This document shows, one piece after another, positions 39,257 to 51,294 of a stretch of 64,000 nt of DNA. The stretch comes from the human T2T-CHM13v2.0 reference genome, Homo sapiens: assembly GCF_009914755.1 (NCBI RefSeq), contig NC_060930.1, one strand, 5' to 3'. How positions within the stretch are numbered: the stretch's first letter is position 1; each line of letters begins with the position of its first letter. A program made the position numbers and the translations under genes. The notes beneath the pieces are model-generated. The model was not told the DNA's origin, did no database searches, and worked only from the letters and a program-made list of their open reading frames with translations.

Positions 39257-42200
39257 GTTCTCAGAAAGTGCTTAGTGTCGTGTGCGTTCAACTCACAGAG
39301 TTTAACGTTTCTTTTGATAGAGCGTTTCTGAAACACCCTTCTTGTAGTAGCTGCAAGTGGATATTTGGACCTATTGGAGGCCTTCTTTGGAAATGGGATT
39401 TCTTCATGTAACTCTAGATTGAAGAATTCTCAGAAACTCCTTTGTGATGTGTGCATTCAATTCAAAGAGTGAAACCTCCCTTTTCACAGAGCAGTTTTGA
39501 AACACTGTTTTTGTAGGATTTCCAAGGGGATATTTATAGCGCATTGAGCCTACGGCGGAAAAAGAAACATCTTCCTATAAAAACTAGACAGAATACTTCT
39601 CAGAATCTGCTTTGCGATGTGTGCGTTCAACTCACAGAGTAAAACTTTTCTTTTGATAGAGCAGTTTTGAAACACTCTTTTTGTAGTATTTGCATGTGTA
39701 TATTTAGAGCGCATTGAAGCCCACAGTAGAAAAGGAAATAACTTCACCTAAAACCTAGACAGAAGCAATCACAGAAACTACTTTGTGATGTGTACATTCA
39801 ACTCACAGAGTGGAACTTTCCTCTTTATAGAGCAGTGTTGAAACACTCTTTTTGTAGAAACTGCAAGTGGATATTTGGACCTCTTTGAGGCCTTCGTTGG
39901 AAACGGGATTTCTTCCTATAACCCTAGACAGAAGAATTTTCAGAAACCTCATTGTGATGTGTGCGTTCATCTCACAGAGTGGAGTCTTCCGTTTGATAGA
40001 GAAGTTTTGAAACCCTGTTCTTGTAGGATTTCCAAGTGGATATTTAGACCACTTTGAAGCCTATGATAGAAAAGGAAACATCTTCATGGAAAACATAGAT
40101 AGAATCATCCTCAGAAACAACTTTGTGATGTGTGCGTTGAACTCACCGTCTTTAACCTTTCTTTTGGTAGAGAAGTTTTGAAACACTCTCTTTGTAAAGT
40201 CTACAAGTGGATATTTTGAGCCCTTGGAGGCATTCTTTGGAAAAGGGAATGTCTTCACATAAAAGGCAGACGGAAGTGTTCTCAGAAACTGCTTTGTGAT
40301 GTCTGTGTTCAACTCACAGAGTTTAACATTTCCTTTGATAGAGCGGTTTAGTAACCCTCTCTTTGTAGAATTTGGAAGTGTATACTAAGAGCGCTTTGAG
40401 GCCTATGGTAGAAAAGGAAATATCTTTCCATAAAAGCTAGACAGAAGCAATCTCAGAAACTCCTCTGTGATGTCTGCATTCAACTCACCGAGTGGAACAT
40501 TCCTCTTGATAGAGCAGTTTGGAAACACTCTTTCTGTAGAATCAGCTTGTTTGTATTTGGACCTCCTTGAGGCCTTCGTTGGAAACGGGTTTTCATCTTA
40601 TAAACCCAGACAGAAGAATTCTCAGAGTCTTCTTTGTGATGTGTGCTTTCAACTCACCGAGATAAAGATTTCTCTTGATAGAGCAATTTGGAAACACTCT
40701 TTTTGTAGAATTTGCAAGGGTACATTGAGAGCGCTTTCAGGCCTATGGTAGAAAAGGGAATATCTTTCCATAAAAGGTAGACAGAAGCAATCTCAGAAAC
40801 TACTTTGTGATGTGTGCATTCAACTCACCGAGTGCAACGTTCCTCTTGACTGAGCAGTTTGGAAACATTGTTTCTGTAGAATCTGCAAGTGGATATTTGG
40901 ACCTCTTTGAGGCCTTCGTTGGAAACGGGATTTCTTCCTATAAACCCAGACAGAAGAATTCTCAGAGACTTCTTTGTGATGTGTGAATTCAACTCACAGT
41001 GTGGATCCTTCCTTTTGATAGAGCAGTTTTGAAACCCTGTTTTTGTAGTATTTCCAAGCGGATATTTGGAACGCCTTGAAGCGTATGGTAGAAAAGGAAA
41101 TATCTTCCCATAAAACCTAGACAGAACCAATCTCAGAAACGACTTTGTGATGTCTGCATTCAAGTCACAGAGTTGAACATTTCTCTTGATAGAGCAGTTT
41201 TGAAACCCTCTTTCTGAAGGATCTGCAAGTGGATATTTGGAACTCCTTTGGGTCTTCGTTGGAAACGGGATTTCTTCGTATAAATCTAGACAGAAGAATT
41301 CTCCGAAACTTCTTTGGTTGTGTGCATTCAAGTCACAGAGTGGAACCTTCCTTTGGATAGAGCAGTTTGAAACGCCGTGGTTGTAGTATTTCCAAGCGGA
41401 TATTAGAGCGCCTTGAGGCCTATGGTAGAAAAGGAAATATCTTCCCATAAAACCTAGACGGAAGCAATCTCAGAAACTACTGTGTGATGGCTGCATTCCA
41501 CACACACGGTGGAACATTTCTCTTGATAGAGCAGTTTTGAAACACTCTTTCTGTAGAATCTGCAAGTGGATAATTGGACCGCCTTGAGGCCTTCGTTGGA
41601 AACGGGATTTCTTCATGTTACTCTAGATAGAAGAATTCTCAAACACTGCTATGTGATGTTTGCATTCAAGTCACAGAGTGCAACATTCCTCTTGGTAGAG
41701 CAGTTGGGAAACACTCCTTTTGTAGAATCTGCAATGGGATATTTGGACTTCTTTGAGGCCTTCGTTGGAAACGGGATTTCTTCGTATGAATCTAGACAGA
41801 AGAATTCTCAGAAACTTCCTTGTGATGTGTGCATTCAACTCAGCGAGTGGCACCTTCCTTTGGATACAGCAGTTTTGAAACACTGTTTTTGTAGTATTTC
41901 CAAGCGGATATTTAGAGCGCCTTGAAGCCTATGCTAGAAATGGAAATATCTCCCCATAAAACCAAGACGGAAGCAATCTCAGAAACTAATGTGTGATGGC
42001 TGCATTCCACACACACGGTGGACCATTTCTCTTGATAGAGCAGTTTTGAAACACTCTTTCTGTAGAATCTGCAAGTGGATAATTGGACCTCCTAGAGGCC
42101 TTCGTTGGAAACGGGATTTCTTCATCTAAACCTACAGAGAAGAATTCTCAGTAACTTCTTCGGATGTGTGCATTCGACGCACAGAATGGAACATTCCCTT

Positions 42201-42313
42201 TGATAGAGCAGTTTTGAGACACCGTTTTTGTAGAATTCCCAAGTGGATATTTAGAGCACTTTGAAGTCTCTGCTAGAAAAGGAAACATCTTCATGTAAAA
42301 AGTAGATAGAATC
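39257..42313 (+). repeat. HOR unit 15, 18-mer
   Basis: 3057-bp spacing. Confidence 0.97.
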
Positions 42314-44864
42314 GTTCTCAGAAAGTGCTTAGTGACGTGTGCGTTCAACTCACAGAGTTTAACGTTTCTTTTGATAGAGCGTTTCTGAAACACCCTTCTT
42401 GTAGTAGCTGCAAGTGGATATTTGGACCTATTGGAGGCCTTCTTTGGAAATGGGATTTCTTCATGTAACTCTAGATTGAAGAGTTCTCAGAAACTCCTTT
42501 GTGATGTGTGCATTCAATTCAAAGAGTGAAACCTCCCTTTTCACAGAGCAGTTTTGAAACACTGTTTTTGTAGGATTTCCAAGGGGATATTTATAGCGCA
42601 TTGAGCCTACGGCGGAAAAAGAAACATCTTCCTATAAAAACTAGACAGAATACTTCTCAGAATCTGCTTTGCGATGTGTGCGTTCAACTCACAGAGTAAA
42701 ACTTTTCTTTTGATAGAGCAGTTTTGAAACACTCTTTTTGTAGTATTTGCATGTGTATATTTAGAGCGCATTGAAGCCCACAGTAGAAAAGGAAATAACT
42801 TCACCTAAAACCTAGACAGAAGCAATCTCAGAAACTACTTTGTGATGTGTACATTCAACTCACAGAGTGGAACTTTCCTCTTTATAGAGCAGTGTTGAAA
42901 CACTCTTTTTGTAGAAACTGCAAGTGGATATTTGGACCTCTTTGAGGCCTTCGTTGGAAACGGGATTTCTTCCTATAACCCTAGACAGAAGAATTTTCAG
43001 AAACCTCATTGTGATGTGTGCGTTCATCTCACAGAGTGGAGTCTTCCGTTTGATAGAGAAGTTTTGAAACCCTGTTCTTGTAGGATTTCCAAGTGGATAT
43101 TTAGACCACTTTGAAGCCTATGATAGAAAAGGAAACATCTTCATGGAAAACATAGATAGAATCATCCTCAGAAACAACTTTGTGATGTGTGCGTTGAACT
43201 CACCGTCTTTAACCTTTCTTTTGGTAGAGAAGTTTTGAAACACTCTCTTTGTAAAGTCTACAAGTGGATATTTTGAGCCCTTGGAGGCATTCTTTGGAAA
43301 AGGGAATGTCTTCACATAAAAGGCAGACGGAAGTGTTCTCAGAAACTGCTTTGTGATGTCTGTGTTCAACTCACAGAGTTTAACATTTCCTTTGATAGAG
43401 CGGTTTAGTAACCCTCTCTTTGTAGAATTTGGAAGTGTATACTAAGAGCGCTTTGAGGCCTATGGTAGAAAAGGAAATATCTTTCCATAAAAGCTAGACA
43501 GAAGCAATCTCAGAAACTCCTTTGTGATGTCTGCATTCAACTCACCGAGTGGAACATTCCTCTTGATAGAGCAGTTTGGAAACACTCTTTCTGTAGAATC
43601 AGCTTGTTTGTATTTGGACCTCCTTGAGGCCTTCGTTGGAAACGGGTTTTCATCTTATAAACCCAGACAGAAGAATTCTCAGAGTCTTCTTTGTGATGTG
43701 TGCTTTCAACTCACCGAGATAAAGATTTCTCTTGATAGAGCAATTTGGAAACACTCTTTTTGTAGAATTTGCAAGGGTACATTGAGAGCGCTTTCAGGCC
43801 TATGGTAGAAAAGGGAATATCTTTCCATAAAAGGTAGACAGAAGCAATCTCAGAAACTACTTTGTGATGTGTGCATTCAACTCACCGAGTGCAACGTTCC
43901 TCTTGACCGAGCAGTTTGGAAACATTGTTTCTGTAGAATCTGCAAGTGGATATTTGGACCTCTTTGAGGCCTTCGTTGGAAACGGGATTTCTTCCTATAA
44001 ACCCAGACAGAAGAATTCTCAGAGACTTCTTTGTGATGTGTGAATTCAACTCACAGTGTGGATCCTTCCTTTTGATAGAGCAGTTTTGAAACCCTGTTTT
44101 TGTAGTATTTCCAAGCGGATATTTGGAACGCCTTGAAGCGTATGGTAGAAAAGGAAATATCTTCCCATAAAACCTAGACAGAACCAATCTCAGAAACAAC
44201 TTTGTGATGTCTGCATTCAAGTCACAGAGTTGAACATTTCTCTTGATAGAGCAGTTTTGAAACCCTCTTTCTGAAGGATCTGCAAGTGGATATTTGGAAC
44301 TCCTTTGGGTCTTCGTTGGAAATGGGATTTCTTCGTATAAATCTAGACAGAAGAATTCTCAGAAACTTCCTTGTGATGTGTGCATTCAACTCAGCGAGTG
44401 GCACCTTCCTTTGGATACAGCAGTTTTGAAACACTGTTTTTGTAGTATTTCCAAGCGGATATTTAGAGCGCCTTGAAGCCTATGCTAGAAATGGAAATAT
44501 TTCCCCATAAAACCAAGACGGAAGCAATCTCAGAAACTAATGTGTGATGGCTGCATTCCACACACACGGTGGACCATTTCTCTTGATAGAGCAGTTTTGA
44601 AACACTCTTTCTGTAGAATCTGCAAGTGGATAATTGGACCTCCTAGAGGCCTTCGTTGGAAACGGGATTTCTTCATCTAAACCTACAGAGAAGTATTCTC
44701 AGTAACTTCTTCGGATGTGTGCATTCGACGCACAGAATGGAACATTCCCTTTGATAGAGCAGTTTTGAGACACCGTTTTTGTAGAATTCCCAAGTGGATA
44801 TTTAGAGCACTTTGAAGTCTCTGCTAGAAAAGGAAACATCTTCATGTAAAAAGTAGATAGAATC
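42314..44864 (+). repeat. HOR unit 16, 15-mer with private SNPs (one CENP-B box inactivated)
   Basis: 2551-bp spacing; box at 44311-44327 reads CTTCGTTGGAAATGGGA. Confidence 0.95.
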
Positions 44865-47800
44865 GTTCTCAGAAAGTGCTTAGTGTCGTGTGCGTTCAAC
44901 TCACAGAGTTTAACGTTTCTTTTGATAGAGCGTTTCTGAAACACCCTTCTTGTAGTAGCTGCAAGTGGATATTTGGACCTATTGGAGGCGTTCTTTGGAA
45001 ATGGGATTTCTTCATGTAACTCTAGATTGAAGAATTCTCAGAAACTCCTTTGTGATGTGTGCATTCAATTCAAAGAGTGAAACCTCTCTTTTCACAGAGC
45101 AGTTTTGAAACACTGTTTTTGTAGGATTTCCAAGGGGATATTTATAGCGCATTGAGCCTACGGCGGAAAAAGAAACATCTTCCTATAAAAACTAGACAGA
45201 ATACTTCTCAGAATCTGCTTTGCGATGTGTGCGTTCAACTCACAGAGTAAAACTTTTCTTTTGATAGAGCAGTTTTGAAACACTCTTTTTGTAGTATTTG
45301 CATGTGTATATTTAGAGCGCATTGAAGCCCACAGTAGAAAAGGAAATAACTTCACCTAAAACCTAGACAGAAGCAATCACAGAAACTACTTTGTGATGTG
45401 TACATTCAACTCACAGAGTGGAACTTTCCTCTTTATAGAGCAGTGTTGAAACACTCTTTTTGTAGAAACTGCAAGTGGATATTTGGACCTCTTTGAGGCC
45501 TTCGTTGGAAACGGGATTTCTTCCTATAACCCTAGACAGAAGAATTTTCAGAAACCTCATTGTGATGTGTGCGTTCATCTCACAGAGTGGAGTCTTCCGT
45601 TTGATAGAGAAGTTTTGAAACCCTGTTCTTGTAGGATTTCCAAGTGGATATTTAGACCACTTTGAAGCCTATGATAGAAAAGGAAACATCTTCATGGAAA
45701 ACATAGATAGAATCATCCTCAGAAACAACTTTGTGATGTGTGCGTTGAACTCACCGTCTTTAACCTTTCTTTTGGTAGAGAAGTTTTGAAACACTCTCTT
45801 TGTAAAGTCTACAAGTGGATATTTTGAGCCCTTGGAGGCATTCTTTGGAAAAGGGAATGTCTTCACATAAAAGGCAGACGGAAGTGTTCTCAGAAACTGC
45901 TTTGTGATGTCTGTGTTCAACTCACAGAGTTTAACATTTCCTTTGATAGAGCGGTTTAGTAACCCTCTCTTTGTAGAATTTGGAAGTGTATACTAAGAGC
46001 GCTTTGAGGCCTATGGTAGAAAAGGAAATATCTTTCCATAAAAGCTAGACAGAAGCAATCTCAGAAACTCCTCTGTGATGTCTGCATTCAACTCACCGAG
46101 TGGAACATTCCTCTTGAGAGAGCAGTTTGGAAACACTCTTTCTGTAGAATCAGCTTGTTTGTATTTGGACCTCCTTGAGGCCTTCGTTGGAAACGGGTTT
46201 TCATCTTATAAACCCAGACAGAAGAATTCTCAGAGTCTTCTTTGTGATGTGTGCTTTCAACTCACCGAGATAAAGATTTCTCTTGATAGAGCAATTTGGA
46301 AACACTCTTTTTGTAGAATTTGCAAGGGTACATTGAGAGCGCTTTCAGGCCTATGGTAGAAAAGGGAATATCTTTCCATAAAAGGTAGACAGAAGCAATC
46401 TCAGAAACTACTTTGTGATGTGTGCATTCAACTCACCGAGTGCAACGTTCCTCTTGACCGAGCAGTTTGGAAACATTGTTTCTGTAGAATCTGCAAGTGG
46501 ATATTTGGACCTCTTTGAGGCCTTCGTTGGAAACGGGATTTCTTCCTATAAACCCAGACAGAAGAATTCTCAGAGACTTCTTTGTGATGTGTGAATTCAA
46601 CTCACAGTGTGGATCCTTCCTTTTGATAGAGCAGTTTTGAAACCCTGTTTTTGTAGTATTTCCAAGCGGATATTTGGAACGCCTTGAAGCGTATGGTAGA
46701 AAAGGAAATATCTTCCCATAAAACCTAGACAGAACCAATCTCAGAAACGACTTTGTGATGTCTGCATTCAAGTCACAGAGTTGAACATTTCTCTTGATAG
46801 AGCAGTTTTGAAACCCTCTTTCTGAAGGATCTGCAAGTGGATATTTGGAACTCCTTTGGGTCTTCGTTGGAAACGGGATTTCTTCGTATAAATCTAGACA
46901 GAAGAATTCTCCGAAACTTCTTTGGTTGTGTGCATTCAAGTCACAGAGTGGAACCTTCCTTTGGATAGAGCAGTTTGAAACGCCGTGGTTGTAGTATTTC
47001 CAAGCGGATATTAGAGCGCCTTGAGGCCTATGGTAGAAAAGGAAATATCTTCCCATAAAACCTAGACGGAAGCAATCTCAGAAACTACTGTGTGATGGCT
47101 GCATTCCACACACACGGTGGAACATTTCTCTTGATAGAGCAGTTTTGAAACACTCTTTCTGTAGAATCTGCAAGTGGATAATTGGACCGCCTTGAGGCCT
47201 TCGTTGGAAACGGGATTTCTTCATGTTACTCTAGATAGAAGAATTCTCAAACACTGCTATGTGATGTTTGCATTCAAGTCACAGAGTGCAACATTCCTCT
47301 TGGTAGAGCAGTTGGGAAACACTCCTTTTGTAGAATCTGCAATGGGATATTTGGACTTCTTTGAGGCCTTCGTTGGAAACGGGATTTCTTCGTATGAATC
47401 TAGACAGAAGAATTCTCAGAAACTTCCTTGTGATGTGTGCATTCAACTCAGCGAGTGGCACCTTCCTTTGGATACAGCAGTTTTGAAACACTGTTTTTGT
47501 AGTATTTCCAAGCGGATATTTAGAGCGCCTTGAAGCCTATGCTAGAAATGGAAATATCTCCCCATAAAACCAAGACGGAAGCAATCTCAGAAACTAATGT
47601 GTGATGGCTGCATTCCACACACACGGTGGACCATTTCTCTTGATAGAGCAGTTTTGAAACACTCTTTCTGTAGAATCTGCAAGTGGATAATTGGACCTCC
47701 TAGAGGCCTTCGTTGGAAACGGGATTTCTTCATCTAAACCTACAGAGAAGAATTCTCAGTAACTTCTTCGGATGTGTGCATTCGACGCACAGAATGGAAC

Positions 47801-47921
47801 ATTCCCTTTGATAGAGCAGTTTTGAGACACCGTTTTTGTAGAATTCCCAAGTGGATATTTAGAGCACTTTGAAGTCTCTGCTAGAAAAGGAAACATCTTC
47901 ATGTAAAAAGTAGATAGAATC
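44865..47921 (+). repeat. HOR unit 17, 18-mer
   Basis: 3057-bp spacing. Confidence 0.97.
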
Positions 47922-50483
47922 GTTCTCAGAAAGTGCTTAGTGACGTGTGCGTTCAACTCACAGAGTTTAACGTTTCTTTTGATAGAGCGTTTCTGAAACA
48001 CCCTTCTTGTAGTAGCTGCAAGTGGATATTTGGACCTATTGGAGGCCTTCTTTGGAAATGGGATTTCTTCATGTAACTCTAGATTGAAGAGTTCTCAGAA
48101 ACTCCTTTGTGATGTGTGCATTCAATTCAAAGAGTGAAACCTCCCTTTTCACAGAGCAGTTTTGAAACACTGTTTTTGTAGGATTTCCAAGGGGATATTT
48201 ATAGCGCATTGAGCCTACGGCGGAAAAAGAAACATCTTCCTATAAAAACTAGACAGAATACTTCTCAGAATCTGCTTTGCGATGTGTGCGTTCAACTCAC
48301 AGAGTAAAACTTTTCTTTTGATAGAGCAGTTTTGAAACACTCTTTTTGTAGTATTTGCATGTGTATATTTAGAGCGCATTGAAGCCCACAGTAGAAAAGG
48401 AAATAACTTCACCTAAAACCTAGACAGAAGCAATCTCAGAAACTACTTTGTGATGTGTACATTCAACTCACAGAGTGGAACTTTCCTCTTTATAGAGCAG
48501 TGTTGAAACACTCTTTTTGTAGAAACTGCAAGTGGATATTTGGACCTCTTTGAGGCCTTCGTTGGAAACGGGATTTCTTCCTATAACCCTAGACAGAAGA
48601 ATTTTCAGAAACCTCATTGTGATGTGTGCGTTCATCTCACAGAGTGGAGTCTTCCGTTTGATAGAGAAGTTTTGAAACCCTGTTCTTGTAGGATTTCCAA
48701 GTGGATATTTAGACCACTTTGAAGCCTATGATAGAAAAGGAAACATCTTCATGGAAAACATAGATAGAATCATTCTCAGAAACAACTTTGTGATGTGTGC
48801 GTTGAACTCACCGTCTTTAACCTTTCTTTTGGTAGAGAAGTTTTGAAACACTCTCTTTGTAAAGTCTACAAGTGGATATTTTGAGCCCTTGGAGGCATTC
48901 TTTGGAAAAGGGAATGTCTTCACATAAAAGGCAGACGGAAGTGTTCTCAGAAACTGCTTTGTGATGTCTGTGTTCAACTCACAGAGTTTAACATTTCCTT
49001 TGATAGAGCGGTTTAGTAACCCTCTCTTTGTAGAATTTGGAAGTGTATACTAAGAGCGCTTTGAGGCCTATGGTAGAAAAGGAAATATCTTTCCATAAAA
49101 GCTAGACAGAAGCAATCTCAGAAACTCCTTTGTGATGTCTGCATTCAACTCACCGAGTGGAACATTCCTCTTGATAGAGCAGTTTGGAAACACTCTTTCT
49201 GTAGAATCAGCTTGTTTGTATTTGGACCTCCTTGAGGCCTTCGTTGGAAACGGGTTTTCATCTTATAAACCCAGACAGAAGAATTCTCAGAGTCTTCTTT
49301 GTGATGTGTGCTTTCAACTCACCGAGATAAAGATTTCTCTTGATAGAGCAATTTGGAAACACTCTTTTTGTAGAATTTGCAAGGGTACATTGAGAGCGCT
49401 TTCAGGCCTATGGTAGAAAAGGGAATATCTTTCCATAAAAGGTAGACAGAAGCAATCTCAGAAACTACTTTGTGATGTGTGCATTCAACTCACCGAGTGC
49501 AACGTTCCTCTTGACCGAGCAGTTTGGAAACATTGTTTCTGTAGAATCTGCAAGTGGATATTTGGACCTCTTTGAGGCCTTCGTTGGAAACGGGATTTCT
49601 TCCTATAAACCCAGACAGAAGAATTCTCAGAGACTTCTTTGTGATGTGTGAATTCAACTCACAGTGTGGATCCTTCCTTTTGATAGAGCAGTTTTGAAAC
49701 CCTGTTTTTGTAGTATTTCCAAGCGGATATTTGGAACGCCTTGAAGCGTATGGTAGAAAAGGAAATATCTTCCCATAAAACCTAGACAGAACCAATCTCA
49801 GAAACGACTTTGTGATGTCTGCATTCAAGTCACAGAGTTGAACATTTCTCTTGATAGAGCAGTTTTGAAACCCTCTTTCTGAAGGATCTGCAAGTGGATA
49901 TTTGGAACTCCTTTGGGTCTTCGTTGGAAACGGGATTTCTTCGTATAAATCTAGACAGAAGAATTCTCCGAAACTTCTTTGGTTGTGTGCATTCAAGTCA
50001 CAGAGTGGAACCTTCCTTTGGATAGAGCAGTTTGAAACGCCGTGGTTGTAGTATTTCCAAGCGGATATTAGAGCGCCTTGAGGCCTATGGTAGAAAAGGA
50101 AATATCTTCCCATAAAACCTAGACGGAAGCAATCTCAGAAACTACTGTGTGATGGCTGCATTCCACACACACGGTGGAACATTTCTCTTGATAGAGCAGT
50201 TTTGAAACACTCTTTCTGTAGAATCTGCAAGTGGATAATTGGACCGCCTTGAGGCCTTCGTTGGAAACGGGATTTCTTCATGTTACTCTAGATAGAAGAA
50301 TTCTCAAACACTGCTATGTGATGTTTGCATTCAAGTCACAGAGTGCAACATTCCTCTTGGTAGAGCAGTTGGGAAACACTCCTTTTGTAGAATTTGCAAT
50401 GGGATATTTGGACTTCTTTGAGGCCTTCGTTGGAAATGGGATTTCTTCGTATAAATCTAGACAGAAGAATTCTCAGAAACTTC
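47922..50483 (+). repeat. HOR unit 18, truncated terminal 18-mer-type unit
   Basis: Matches unit 1 up to about offset 2560, including the 3-monomer block, then diverges. Confidence 0.92.
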
Positions 50484-51277
50484 TTTGTGATGTGTGCATT
50501 CAACTCTTAGAGTTGAACTTTCCTTTCAAGAGATCAGTTTTGAAGCTCTCTTTTTGTGGAATTTCGAAGTGGATATTTAGCGCCGTTTGAGGCCTATTGT
50601 GGAAAAGGCAATATCTTCATTGAAAAACTAGACAGAATGATTCCTAGAAACTACTCTGTGATGTGTGAGTTCAACTCACAGAGTTTAACCTTTCTTTTGA
50701 TAGAGCAGTTTTGAATCACTCTTTTTGTAGAATCTGCAGGTGAATATTTGCACTTTTTTTGACGCCTTCATTGGAAACGAGATTTCTTCATATAAAACCT
50801 GACAGAAGAACTCTCAGAGACTTCTTTGTGATGTGTGCATTCAACTCCCAGAGTTGAACCTTCCTTTTGATTGAGCAGTTTTGTTATACTCTTTCTGAGG
50901 AAATTCCACGTGGATATTTAGAGCGGTTCGAGGCCTATGGTAGTAAAGGATATATCTTCTTAGCAAAACTAGACCGAATACTTCTCAGAAACTACTTTGT
51001 GATGTGTGCATTCCGCTTAGAGAATTTAACCTTTCTTTTGATAGAGCCGTTTTGAAAGACTCTTTTTGTGAAACTTGAAAGTGTATTTTTAGAGCGCTTT
51101 GAGGCCTGCGGTAGAAAAGGAAATATCTTTACATAAATAATAGACAGAAGCATTGTGAGAAACTACTTTGTGATACTTGCATTCATCTCACAGATTTGAA
51201 CATTCCTCTTGATAGAGCAGTTTTGAAACACTCTTTTTGTAGAATCTGCAAGTGAATATTTGGACTTTTTTTGAGGC

Positions 51278-51294
51278 CTTCGTTGGAAACGGGA
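51278..51294 (+). promoter_or_regulatory. Residual intact CENP-B box in diverged satellite
   Basis: CTTCGTTGGAAACGGGA. Confidence 0.85.

Larger units (their letters stand above)
1..50483 (+). repeat. D6Z1: Homogeneous alpha-satellite higher-order repeat array (18-mer/15-mer), most likely human chromosome 6 centromeric D6Z1
   Basis: Tandem ~171-bp alphoid monomers with CENP-B boxes and A-type (CTATGGTAGAAAAGGAAATAT) boxes. Marker ORFs recur at exact spacings of 3057 or 2551 bp. There is one BamHI site (GGATCC, 1747-1752 in unit 1) per unit. The chr6 assignment rests on recalled knowledge of the ~3-kb BamHI 18-mer, not on a search. Confidence 0.9.

Noticed and set aside
1-50483. CRISPR-like appearance of the regularly spaced conserved 17-mer CTTCGTTGGAAACGGGA
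   Set aside because: It is the CENP-B box. The intervening sequences are homologous monomers rather than unique spacers, and there are no cas genes.
294-50590. Recurring 60-207 aa ORFs on both strands (for example the 207-aa minus-strand ORF at 1569-2192)
   Set aside because: They are chance open frames in tandem alpha-satellite. They repeat with the HOR period, show the internal ~57-codon monomer periodicity, overlap on opposite strands and have no recognisable domain.
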